The position numbers were made by a program, and so were the translations under genes. DNA of 50,393 nucleotides from an uncultured Pirellulaceae bacterium (GTDB lineage Bacteria > Planctomycetota > Planctomycetia > Pirellulales > Pirellulaceae): positions 1 to 50,393 of the forward strand of contig CAZZDZ010000005.1 in assembly GCA_964652675.1 (NCBI GenBank), given 5' to 3'. Within the stretch, counting starts at the first letter, position 1. Each line of letters begins with the position of its first letter. Positions 8,101 through 17,209 of this stretch are shown piece by piece. The notes beneath the pieces were generated by a model, which was not told the DNA's origin, made no database searches, and was given only the letters and a program-made list of their open reading frames with translations.

Positions 8101-10683
8101 TTACCAGGGTTTATCTTTCCAGCAGCGAATGTCGATCTGGCCTTTGTCATCGATCTTCACGCGGATGGCGCCGACTTTTGCGGTCACGTGAACTCCGCTG
8201 CCGGTAACCGCTAGCATCTGAGCAACTTCGACGCGGCCAGCGCGCCGGCTACCGCTGACCGCAGTCTCGCTTGGCCTTGCCCACTGCAAAACAGATTCGG
8301 CATCCATTGTCAGGCTGCCGTGGTGAGGTGCCATCAAAACGCCGCCCGGTTTGGGGCGTGGTTGATTGATCAAAACTTGAGTTCCGGGCGGTTCCAAGTC
8401 GCCGGGCAGTAGCAGAACGCGACCGCCATTTTGAATGCTCAGCACGATGCTGTTTGCATTGTCGTTGCCGCCAACTCCAGCCAGCGGTGGATGCAACACT
8501 TCAAGCTTACGGTCGCTGGTTGCCACTGTTTGCCCGGCCCAGGTCTCATGAACGGCCACATCGTATTGCTGGATCGCCGCACGTGTTGCGTCCAACGCTC
8601 CGGATTCGTCTTGAGCCAACATTCCTGGCGGAGTGACAATCTGGTCACAACTGAAACGCTTCAAAACGCCGGGCATTGCGTTGTAGTGATCCGAGTCAGC
8701 ATGCGATAGCACGATGCCATTGAGGTGTGTCACGCCCATCGACCAAAGAGTCGCATCGATGTCACGACTGCTGCCCTGGTCGTTTGCCATCCGACCACAA
8801 TCGTAAAGCCAAACGTCGTCATCGCTAAATCGCAGGACGACGCTTGTGCCGTGGCCGACGTCAACAAAGGTTGCTTCGATGGCACCTTGTTGCAGCGGCG
8901 CCGGCCACGTTGCCAGAACGTATGCGATCACGCTCCAAATCAGAATCCACGAACGACGTAGCCACTTGATTCGTTCGCGCCACATCAACGATCCGACCAA
9001 GACGACATAAAACACCGCAATCCAAATTCCCGGCGGTGATGGCAACCAAAAGTGCCCCATTGGAATCGAGGCCGCAATCTGAATGATGCAATGCATCAAC
9101 CACAAAACGGCTGAACAAAGCAAGCCAAAAACGCTGCCCACTGGTGTCGAAAAAATACCCGACAACACAGTACAAACACCAAAGCCCAACGCAAAAATCA
9201 GTAGCGGCGACAAAAGAACGTTCGTAACAACGCTGATGGGCGACACGACATGAAAGTGATACCAGACCAACGGCACGCTGGTGGCAGTGACACACGCGCT
9301 GAACCAAGCGAGTTGTCCGACGTATCTCAACAGAAAACGACTCCAACGCGCAATCACCGAACGTGACCCATCCGACAATCGTCGCAAGCGTTCTTCTTGT
9401 TGTCGCGCCTGTTCAACGGCAGCAGATTCGCCGCGATGTCGCTGCCCACACAACAGCAACGTCGCCACGGCCAAAAACGAAAGCTGCACACCGACCGCCG
9501 TTGCGTTTTGCGGGTTGTAGAAAAGTAACAACAGCGCCGCAAACGCCAACGTGTTCATCGGCTGCATTGGCCGTCGCAGCCACATCGAAAACAGCAACGC
9601 CGCGACTAAAAACGCGGCCCGCATCACCGGCGGACGACCACCTGTAATCGCGACATAGAAAACGCAAACAGACAGAATCCAGATTGTCTCAGTAGTTCGT
9701 GACATGCGAAAGAAAAACGCGACGATTTTTGCCAGCACAACGATGATGGCAAGATGCATACCGCTGACTGAAAGTAGATGCACTGTTCCGGTCACCAACA
9801 ACAAATCACGCGTATCGGGTTCCACAAATTCACGCTGACCAATCACCAACGCGATTGCGAGCGGTCCTGCCGAATCCGTCGTGTGCTGCAACAACAATTC
9901 TCGGCTTGTACTTGCGAAATGTGCGATCGGCGACATGACCGCTGAGATCCCCGAATACCGACGACTGAGCAATAAAATTTGGTCTTTGGATTCGACATCG
10001 ATCCGCGCATGCAAAGATCGACGCCGATAGACGTCACGCAAATCTCGTTCGCCGGGATTGGTCGGTCCATCAAAAGCGCTTAACAATCCATAGATTTCTA
10101 ATTCGTCTCCAGGTCGTCGATCGTCTAATTCGCCGTCGACCACTGCCAACAGTCGTCCCGAGAGTGGTTTGAATTGATTTCCAACGCGAGCCTGTTGCAA
10201 AGAGCATTCGAATTGCGTCTGCCACTGACTGTGGTCGCGACGTCTTGGGAAATTTGCCAGCGGATGGCGTCGCAAAACGATTGCCCGATCGATCGTGGCG
10301 CGAACGATTGCGGGCTGTGGTTCGGTTGACAGAATTTGGTGAACGGTTGCCGATGAGTGTTTTGTAATGACGGCCGAATGCCGCGCAGCAAACAACGGCA
10401 AACAGATCAACGCCGCAATCAGCCAAGAAAGCTCGCCCCTACGCAGTACCACCCACAGCGACATCGCAGCCAGGATCGATCCCCACAACAGATAAGTCTC
10501 CCATCCATGCAGGGAGATTGCTGACCCGATCAGGATCCCGATGACGGCAAAAGACGCGATAAAAACGAGGGGTAATTGATGAACGGCTCGCCGCAAGACA
10601 CCATGTTGGTTCAGAATGAGGCGGGAGCGCAACGATAGCCACCACGAAAACCTTTCTCGCGCAAGATTCGTTGTATCCGCCAT
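8101..10683 (-). CDS. comEC: ComEC/Rec2 DNA internalization competence protein
   Basis: HLLSVSGMH competence motif, many TMs, metallo-beta-lactamase motifs DVGHG, SHADSDH, GDLE, PHHGS; start codon uncertain. Confidence 0.92.
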   Translation of the reverse strand: MADTTNLARERFSWWLSLRSRLILNQHGVLRRAVHQLPLVFIASFAVIGILIGSAISLHGWETYLLWGSILAAMSLWVVLRRGELSWLIAALICLPLFAARHSAVITKHSSATVHQILSTEPQPAIVRATIDRAIVLRRHPLANFPRRRDHSQWQTQFECSLQQARVGNQFKPLSGRLLAVVDGELDDRRPGDELEIYGLLSAFDGPTNPGERDLRDVYRRRSLHARIDVESKDQILLLSRRYSGISAVMSPIAHFASTSRELLLQHTTDSAGPLAIALVIGQREFVEPDTRDLLLVTGTVHLLSVSGMHLAIIVVLAKIVAFFFRMSRTTETIWILSVCVFYVAITGGRPPVMRAAFLVAALLFSMWLRRPMQPMNTLAFAALLLLFYNPQNATAVGVQLSFLAVATLLLCGQRHRGESAAVEQARQQEERLRRLSDGSRSVIARWSRFLLRYVGQLAWFSACVTATSVPLVWYHFHVVSPISVVTNVLLSPLLIFALGFGVCTVLSGIFSTPVGSVFGLLCSAVLWLMHCIIQIAASIPMGHFWLPSPPGIWIAVFYVVLVGSLMWRERIKWLRRSWILIWSVIAYVLATWPAPLQQGAIEATFVDVGHGTSVVLRFSDDDVWLYDCGRMANDQGSSRDIDATLWSMGVTHLNGIVLSHADSDHYNAMPGVLKRFSCDQIVTPPGMLAQDESGALDATRAAIQQYDVAVHETWAGQTVATSDRKLEVLHPPLAGVGGNDNANSIVLSIQNGGRVLLLPGDLEPPGTQVLINQPRPKPGGVLMAPHHGSLTMDAESVLQWARPSETAVSGSRRAGRVEVAQMLAVTGSGVHVTAKVGAIRVKIDDKGQIDIRCWKDKPW

Positions 10684-10849
10684 CGATTACCCCATCGACT
10701 TCGGTATAAAGGAAAACGCCGTTCCAGTCACTCAACCACGGAACTCAGCTGGTGACCTGCACAATCCAATCGTTTCTCCGCTGCCGTATCGCCGACAATT
10801 TTCTATTCGCAAAACGCAATTGAAAGATTTCCAACAACAGGCTCGCAAC

Positions 10850-12982
10850 ATGAATGTATACCGCACGATCGCACTCGTGTTTTTTGTCATTGTCACAACC
10901 CAAATTCACATTTTCGCGCAGGACGCAGAAAAACAAGCGATGAAATACCCGCAAACCCAAAAAGGCGACACCGTTGACGATTACTTTGGCAACAAAGTCG
11001 CTGATCCCTATCGATGGCTAGAAGACACCGAGAGCGACGAAACCGCCGATTGGATCGAAAAGCAAAATGAAATCACGCAAAGTTACTTAAAATCGCTACC
11101 TGATCGCGAACCGATGCGTGCGCGGTTGGAGAAACTTTGGAACTACGAACGATTTGGTTTGCCGCGTCGCAGAGGCGAAACGTATTTCTATTCTCATAAC
11201 GATGGTTTGCAGGACCAGAGCGTGCTTTACAAAGCCGCCGCCCTTGATGCAGACCGCGAAGTGTTGATCGATCCCAATACGCTGAGCGAAGACGGCACCG
11301 TGTCGTTGGCAGGGACCGCAACGACCGAAGACGGCAAACTGATTGCGTATGGTTTGGCTGACGGCGGCAGCGACTGGCGGACTTGGAAAGTTCGCGATGT
11401 GGCGACCGGCAAAGACCTGGACGATGTCGTCCAATGGGTCAAGTTCAGCGGTATCGCTTGGATGCCCGACGCAAGCGGTTTCTTTTACTCGCGCTACAAA
11501 GAACCCGTCGAAGGCGAGGAACTGCTGGCGACAAACGAAAACCAAAAAATGTACTTCCACAAACTGGGGACCGACCAAAGTGTCGATAAGTTAATTGTCG
11601 ATCGACCCGATCATCCCAAGTGGGGTTTTTCGCCAGCGGTCACCGACGACGGTCGGTACTTGATCGTGCAAAACTGGAAAGGCAGCGAACCAAAGGCTCA
11701 GGTCTTTATCAAAGATCTTCGCGATGCCGATAGCCCCTTGGTCGAACTGATCATGGGTTTTGACGCGGAATACGAATGGGTCGCCGCTGTAGACGACACG
11801 TTGTACTTCGTCACCGATCACAACGCGCCCAAAAAACGGCTGATCGCTGTGGATGCAAACAATCCCAAGCGTGACGCATGGAAAGAAATCATCGCCGAAA
11901 GTGACGACGTGATCGAAGGCGTCAGTTTGTTTGGCGAAACGTTTTATGTTGAGACACTCAAAGACGCTCGCGGCAAAGTGGCTCGGCACCATATCGATGG
12001 CAACCTGATCGATGAACTCCCGTTGCCAGGAGTTGGCAGCGTGGGCGGCTTTGGTGGTCGCCAAGATGCCAAAGAAACGTTCTTTAGTTTCACCAATTAC
12101 GTCACACCCGCGTCGATCTATCGCATCGATCTGGCTGATGCAGGCAAAGTCACTTTGTGGCGGCAGCCCGAAGTCGCATTTAATGTCGACGAATTCACGA
12201 CCGAGCAGATTTTTTGCAAAAGCAAAGACGGAACTCGTGTGCCGATCATCGTGACACGACGCAAAGACACCAAGCTGGACGGCAGCAACCAAACGTTGTT
12301 GTACGCCTATGGCGGGTTCAATATTTCCCTGACTCCATCATTTTCGCCAGCGATCGCCGGTTGGATCGACGCGGGCGGTGTTTATGCCGTCGCGAACTTG
12401 CGAGGCGGCGGTGAATACGGGCGACAGTGGCACGAAGACGGGATGCGATTGAAAAAGCAAAACGTGTTCGATGACTTCATCGCATCGGCAGAGCACTTGA
12501 TTGAAGCGGGCTACACCAAGTCAAACTTGCTGGGCATTCGTGGCGGCAGCAACGGTGGATTGTTGGTGGGCGCGGTGATGACCCAGCGACCAGATCTATT
12601 TGGCGCTTGCTTGCCAGCAGTGGGTGTGATGGACATGTTGCGATATCACAAATTCACGATCGGTTGGGCTTGGGCGACGGAATTCGGCAGCAGTGACGAA
12701 GAAGACCAAATCAAGAACTTGTTGTCGTATTCGCCACTGCACAACGTCAAACCGGGAACCTGTTATCCGGCAACGATGGTGACAACTGCCGATCGCGACG
12801 ACCGTGTCGTGCCAGGACACAGTTTCAAGTTCGCCGCCGCACTACAGGCCGCGCAGTCATGTGAAAATCCAACTTTGATTCGAATCGAAACCAGGGCCGG
12901 CCACGGCGCGGGCACGCCGGTCAGCAAAAAGATCGAAGAGTACGCGGATCTGTGGGCGTTCCTGATGGCAAACTTGAAATAG
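10850..12982 (+). CDS. Prolyl oligopeptidase (S9A), secreted
   Basis: DPYRWLE, YGGF, GGSNGG catalytic Ser, DDRV, AGHG. ATG 10850 gives a signal peptide and avoids overlap with comEC. Confidence 0.95.
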   Translation: MNVYRTIALVFFVIVTTQIHIFAQDAEKQAMKYPQTQKGDTVDDYFGNKVADPYRWLEDTESDETADWIEKQNEITQSYLKSLPDREPMRARLEKLWNYERFGLPRRRGETYFYSHNDGLQDQSVLYKAAALDADREVLIDPNTLSEDGTVSLAGTATTEDGKLIAYGLADGGSDWRTWKVRDVATGKDLDDVVQWVKFSGIAWMPDASGFFYSRYKEPVEGEELLATNENQKMYFHKLGTDQSVDKLIVDRPDHPKWGFSPAVTDDGRYLIVQNWKGSEPKAQVFIKDLRDADSPLVELIMGFDAEYEWVAAVDDTLYFVTDHNAPKKRLIAVDANNPKRDAWKEIIAESDDVIEGVSLFGETFYVETLKDARGKVARHHIDGNLIDELPLPGVGSVGGFGGRQDAKETFFSFTNYVTPASIYRIDLADAGKVTLWRQPEVAFNVDEFTTEQIFCKSKDGTRVPIIVTRRKDTKLDGSNQTLLYAYGGFNISLTPSFSPAIAGWIDAGGVYAVANLRGGGEYGRQWHEDGMRLKKQNVFDDFIASAEHLIEAGYTKSNLLGIRGGSNGGLLVGAVMTQRPDLFGACLPAVGVMDMLRYHKFTIGWAWATEFGSSDEEDQIKNLLSYSPLHNVKPGTCYPATMVTTADRDDRVVPGHSFKFAAALQAAQSCENPTLIRIETRAGHGAGTPVSKKIEEYADLWAFLMANLK

Positions 12983-13035
12983 TTCGTACGCCAGATCGAC
13001 GAACTTTCGCAACCACGGTCCGGCAATCGAACTGA

Positions 13036-13372
13036 TCAGATCTTCATCCCCAATAAGGCCCCGTAGCGTCGCAAGATGTGCGGGTGAGTCGACGCGGATT
13101 CCGATTTTTTGGTCTTCTTGTTCTTCATCACTTTTTCAACCTGCTCTCTCAAGGCAGCTTGATTGACTTGGGGATAAAGCTGAGGACCGACAGTCAGCAA
13201 GGTGATTGCGTTAAGTGACACGTTTTGGTCGCCAACCAATTCGTTAGCGACTGCATCACAGGAAAATTCGTCTAGGCGTGAAATTGGGCGATAGACTTGG
13301 CGCATCGTCCCGCGAATGATCCCGGTGTGACCAAGGGCGTGATGAGCCAGTTCATGACCGATCAGCTCGGCT
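13036..13372 (-). pseudogene. C-terminal remnant of an M48 (HtpX/Ste24-like) zinc metallopeptidase
   Basis: IGHELAHH, SRLDEFSCDAVA and STHP...RR are M48 hallmarks, but the upstream in-frame sequence is not M48-like and the N-terminal domain is missing. Confidence 0.6.
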
Positions 13373-13541
13373 TTGGGAGAAGGTATCGTCGCAACCGGCC
13401 TACATTCAGCGCGACCAATGCCATCAGCAGGCCGCTGGTGATCAGCAACTTGCACACGCTGAATTGAATTCGCGGCGTCCAACGTGCTGTTGCATCGGTT
13501 GCTTTGGATTCGTTCTCTTGAGTTTCTAAATTCGCTGCCAC
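13362..13541 (-). CDS. Small single-TM protein or 5' gene fragment (59 aa)
   Basis: GTG-start frame (M)AANLETQENESKATDATARWTPRIQFSVCKLLITSGLLMALVALNVGRLRRYLLPKPS*. The R-x-QFS-x-x-x-LL plus TM pattern is typical of planctomycete membrane proteins. Confidence 0.4.
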   Translation of the reverse strand: MAANLETQENESKATDATARWTPRIQFSVCKLLITSGLLMALVALNVGRLRRYLLPKPS

Positions 13542-13610
13542 ATATCATTCATCAAAACGTTAGACTCAGTTTTTGATTGCCGCCATTTTAAGAGAACACG
13601 CGAGACGCCC

Positions 13611-14435
13611 ATGTTGCAAGCACCGCCGGAAAACGAATACGACCTACGTTTTGACTTGATGGGTTTTCCTGTTCGGATTAGCTGGACATTCTGGCTTGGC
13701 GCGATCGTGTTTGGGCATGGACTGGCGCAGAATCTTGACCGCTACTTTGACGAGCTCAGTCCCGGAATCCTGCCGCTGCTGTTGTTGTGGGTCGTCAGTT
13801 TGTTGGTGTCGATTTTGATTCACGAACTGGGGCACGCGTTGGCATTTCGCCAATATGGAATTCACTCGTCCATCGTGCTGTATCACTTTGGCGGGCTAGC
13901 GATTCCATCTGGTTCGTATATGCCGGGCCAATCAGTCGGAAGACTTGGCCCCAAGCAGGATCTATGGGTATCAGCGGCGGGACCGTTATTGCAACTGTTG
14001 TCCGCAGCGTTGTTAATCGCGGTCTTCAAATTTTCTGGCTACGAAATTGATGCGTTCCTTTGGATGCCAGAATTCTTGTTGAGCGTCACCGACAAGGCAA
14101 CCGAATCGATGAATCTACCAGGGATGCTGGATGGAAACCCAGTCGATAGCGTTGGGTTGTACGCGTTGCTTGTTTGTTACTTGTTGCCAAGCATTATGTG
14201 GGCGTTCTTGAATCTTGTACCGGTTTGGCCATTGGACGGCGGTCACATCTCACGTTCGTTGTTTTTGATCTTCGGCGGAACGATTACACAGTCGCTTTGG
14301 GTGAGCGTGATTGCAGGTGGCGCGCTCGCTTTGTACGCCGGCAAGAGCGAACAATGGATGATGGCCTTATTCTTTGGAATGTTCGCTTTCAGCAGTTACC
14401 AACTGCTTCAACAACAAAGTCACTGGCGTTATTGA
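13611..14435 (+). CDS. Site-2 protease family (M50) membrane metalloprotease
   Basis: HELGH, AAGP, NLVPVWPLDGG; multiple TMs. Confidence 0.92.
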   Translation: MLQAPPENEYDLRFDLMGFPVRISWTFWLGAIVFGHGLAQNLDRYFDELSPGILPLLLLWVVSLLVSILIHELGHALAFRQYGIHSSIVLYHFGGLAIPSGSYMPGQSVGRLGPKQDLWVSAAGPLLQLLSAALLIAVFKFSGYEIDAFLWMPEFLLSVTDKATESMNLPGMLDGNPVDSVGLYALLVCYLLPSIMWAFLNLVPVWPLDGGHISRSLFLIFGGTITQSLWVSVIAGGALALYAGKSEQWMMALFFGMFAFSSYQLLQQQSHWRY

Positions 14436-14995
14436 ATTTTTTTTACGTGATCAACACGGCTTTGAAAACACTCAATCACGTTGCGTTAATGTGCGATGCG
14501 CAAAGCGTTATCAACTATCGCGCAAAGAGTGTTTTGGTTTGCCGAAGCGCTGGATTTTGTTGTTTCAGCGCAAAAACACAAAGTCAAAACTTGTTGTGGC
14601 GCATCAGTTTACGTCAACGATGTTAAAATAGGTTCGCGCGCGTCATGCGCTGTGCATTTAAGTAGATTGACAGAGTTGGCAATGACAAAATCAGTGCGCA
14701 GAACGGTTGGCGTTCGAACAAGACAACTCATCGCGCGCAGGAAAAAAATTTTGTGTGCGAGCATTTTTTTCGCGAAAAGATGTTGCGGAATCTGTGGAAG
14801 CGCGTAAAGTTACGCCCAGTTTTAACGGCTGGAAGGATAAGCAAGGTCGGGTAACTGTACCAAGCACGTTGGAGGTCTTGTCAAAGTCTCCTCGACGTAA
14901 GTCAAGGAAGCAGAGACAAATCGAAAACGCGCTACTGGTGAGCGACTCGAAGCTTTGGGATCCAGCTACCATCGACGATAGGTGAGCCGTGGCCG

Positions 14996-15024
14996 GTGAC
15001 TTTTAAAATTAATTCAAAAGTCAC
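14996..15024. promoter_or_regulatory. Inverted repeat upstream of the histone-like gene (operator or leader hairpin)
   Basis: GTGACTTTT-aaaattaattc-AAAAGTCAC, perfect 9-bp arms, about 45 nt before the ATG. Confidence 0.45.
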
Positions 15025-15068
15025 AAGGATTCGCCTTCGTTAAACATCCTTCGCGGAGGAAAAAGATT

Positions 15069-15320
15069 ATGGCTAAGAAGAAAAAGAAAAAAGCCAAGAA
15101 GAAAGTAACGAAGAAACGCGCAGCAAAGAAGAAGCCAGCTAAGAAGAAGAAGGCTAAGAAGAAAGCTGCCAAGAAGAAGGCTAAAAAGAAGCCAGCTAAG
15201 AAGAAGGCTAAAAAGAAAGCCAAGAAGAAAGCTGCTAAGAAGAAGGCTAAAAAGAAGCCAGCTAAAAAGAAAGCCAAGAAGAAGACTAAAAAGAAGAAAG
15301 CTGCCAAGAAGCGTCGTTAG
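15069..15320 (+). CDS. Histone H1-like Lys/Ala-rich nucleoid protein (83 aa)
   Basis: 54 of 83 residues are Lys and none are acidic; (P/A)AKKK repeats; GGAGGA RBS at 15055-15060; followed by a terminator. Confidence 0.85.
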   Translation: MAKKKKKKAKKKVTKKRAAKKKPAKKKKAKKKAAKKKAKKKPAKKKAKKKAKKKAAKKKAKKKPAKKKAKKKTKKKKAAKKRR

Positions 15321-15367
15321 TCTTCACGAAGAATCGATCGTCTTGATTGATTCATCGCAAATCATAG

Positions 15368-15404
15368 AAACCGCTTGGAAGCGTCATGCTTCGGGCGGTT
15401 TTTT
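15368..15404 (+). terminator. Rho-independent terminator
   Basis: AAACCGCTTGGAAGC-gtcat-GCTTCGGGCGGTTT followed by a T tract, between convergent genes. Confidence 0.8.
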
Positions 15405-15492
15405 CGTGCGCCAATCGACGACGCTTGAGAACTAGTAAACAGAAACTGGTTGGCTGCGAATCGGCATCTGAAAACCAAGCCAACCGCCGCCT

Positions 15493-16569
15493 TTATAGCG
15501 TTGGCAAGCTGACTTTTGGTGGGGCAACAGCGGCTTTGGATACCAAGCTGCGGACCAGCGATTTTGTAACGGCTTCTAAAGGGGCGCGTGCGGCGTCGTT
15601 GGATTCAATGACATGCGCTAACTCGCCAGCATCACCGGCTTCTCGCAAAGTAATGTTGATTGGCAATTCGCCCAAGAAAGGCACGTCCAACTGCTGAGCT
15701 TTTTCGCGCGCACCGCCACGACCAAAAATGTCATACGTCTTACTGCAATCAGGGCAAGTAAACCCGCTCATGTTTTCGACCATCCCCAGAATCGGAATGT
15801 TTACTTTGCGAAACATACTGATCGCTTTGATCGCGTCTAACAACGCGACCTCTTGTGGTGTGCAAACGACAACGCTGCCTGCCAGCGGTAGAGCTTGCGA
15901 AAGAGTCAGCGCGACGTCACCGGTACCCGGCGGCATGTCGATAATCAGGTAATCCAAATCGCCCCAATCGGTATCGCCCAAAAACTGGTTGATTGAACCA
16001 TGCAGCATGGGCCCACGCCAAATCACGGCTTGGTCCGGTTCAACAAGGAACCCCATCGACATGACCGGCAAGTCATCGCCCAGCATGATAGGCTGAATCT
16101 TTTTGTTGTCCGAGATAGCAGGCCGACCTGATAAGCCCAACAAGTGTGGCACGCTTGGTCCATAGACGTCCGCGTCCATCAAGCCAACTTTCGCGCCTAG
16201 CTTGCGTAGCGTCAACGCAATCGAAACGGCAACCGTACTCTTACCAACACCACCTTTGCCGCTGCCGACCGCGATCACACTCTTGGCTCGCAAACCAATT
16301 TGTCCGACACGAGCTGGAGGACGATCGTGAGCAACGATGTCGATGTTGACCGTCGTCCCGGGGTTAGCCGCAACAATCTTTGACACAAGTGTTTCTTTGA
16401 CATCGTCCACAATCGGCATGCTGTGCGACGTGATGCCGACGGTCACATTGGCGGTTGAGCCGTCGATGCGGATGTCTTTGATTTGACTGGTGGAATCAAG
16501 CGGGCGGCCAGTTTCGGGGTCCGGATGCTTGGCGATCGCGTTTTGGACGGATTCAGTCGTCAGAGTCAT
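15493..16569 (-). CDS. mrp: Mrp/NBP35 (ApbC) Fe-S cluster carrier ATPase
   Basis: GSGKGGVGKST, DADVYGPS, VIWRGPM, DMPPGTGD, ENMSGFTCPDC. Confidence 0.95.
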   Translation of the reverse strand: MTLTTESVQNAIAKHPDPETGRPLDSTSQIKDIRIDGSTANVTVGITSHSMPIVDDVKETLVSKIVAANPGTTVNIDIVAHDRPPARVGQIGLRAKSVIAVGSGKGGVGKSTVAVSIALTLRKLGAKVGLMDADVYGPSVPHLLGLSGRPAISDNKKIQPIMLGDDLPVMSMGFLVEPDQAVIWRGPMLHGSINQFLGDTDWGDLDYLIIDMPPGTGDVALTLSQALPLAGSVVVCTPQEVALLDAIKAISMFRKVNIPILGMVENMSGFTCPDCSKTYDIFGRGGAREKAQQLDVPFLGELPINITLREAGDAGELAHVIESNDAARAPLEAVTKSLVRSLVSKAAVAPPKVSLPTL

Positions 16570-16735
16570 GCGTTTAAGCCGTAGGAGAGGTTTTTGGGAG
16601 CCCCGTCAGTCTAGGGATTCAGGCAAATCTGAAAAGTGACGGTAAAAACGCTTTTGGATCGAATCGAATCCAAGGTGTCACCTGGTCGCCCAGGAACACG
16701 GCGGAAAGCCAAAACGCGGCATTTTTAGCAGGTCG

Positions 16736-17209
16736 CTATCGTCGTACCCGATACCGTCGCCCAAGATATCGTCGTACCAAAGGCGCCAGAGCAGGCAGTT
16801 GTTCGACATGGTTGATCAACGTTGTGACACCCATCTCGGTCAACGCGGCGGCTGCTGTTGAGGAAATCGCCTGGGACGCCGCCGAATCCATCACAGCCAG
16901 TTGTAACGCACTTGGTGCCGCGATCGTGGTCCGCGCGACATGATCCAGGTGAGCCGCAATCGTTGATGGGTTGATCTCCCAAATCACGATCGATCTTTGT
17001 TGAGTTTTCTGTTGACCAACCAGCAGAGCCAATGCCTGATTGGCCTTGGCGGCCACGATCGAAGCAACGAGATCCTCAGGTATCACTTCGGTGACGAATC
17101 GTCGCGTCGCGGTGATCCATCGATCCCCCGATTCACAGACCACCCATAACCGTTGCTGCTGTGCAGCGGTCAAGATGGCGGCGCTATGTTTGTTGCCACT
17201 GGGTATCAT
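16736..17209 (-). CDS. Hypothetical protein, possibly a degenerate receiver-like domain
   Basis: ATG 17209 overlaps the upstream stop (ATGA); alpha/beta pattern ending EMGVTTLINHVEQL resembles a REC C-terminus without the phospho-Asp. Confidence 0.55.
   Translation of the reverse strand: MIPSGNKHSAAILTAAQQQRLWVVCESGDRWITATRRFVTEVIPEDLVASIVAAKANQALALLVGQQKTQQRSIVIWEINPSTIAAHLDHVARTTIAAPSALQLAVMDSAASQAISSTAAAALTEMGVTTLINHVEQLPALAPLVRRYLGRRYRVRR

Noticed and set aside
10616-10849. N-terminal extension of the prolyl oligopeptidase ORF
   Set aside because: Overlaps the comEC start; ATG 10850 yields a proper signal peptide
15014-15307. Phe/Leu/Ala-rich minus-strand ORF
   Set aside because: Antisense shadow of the poly-Lys gene, which has the RBS and terminator
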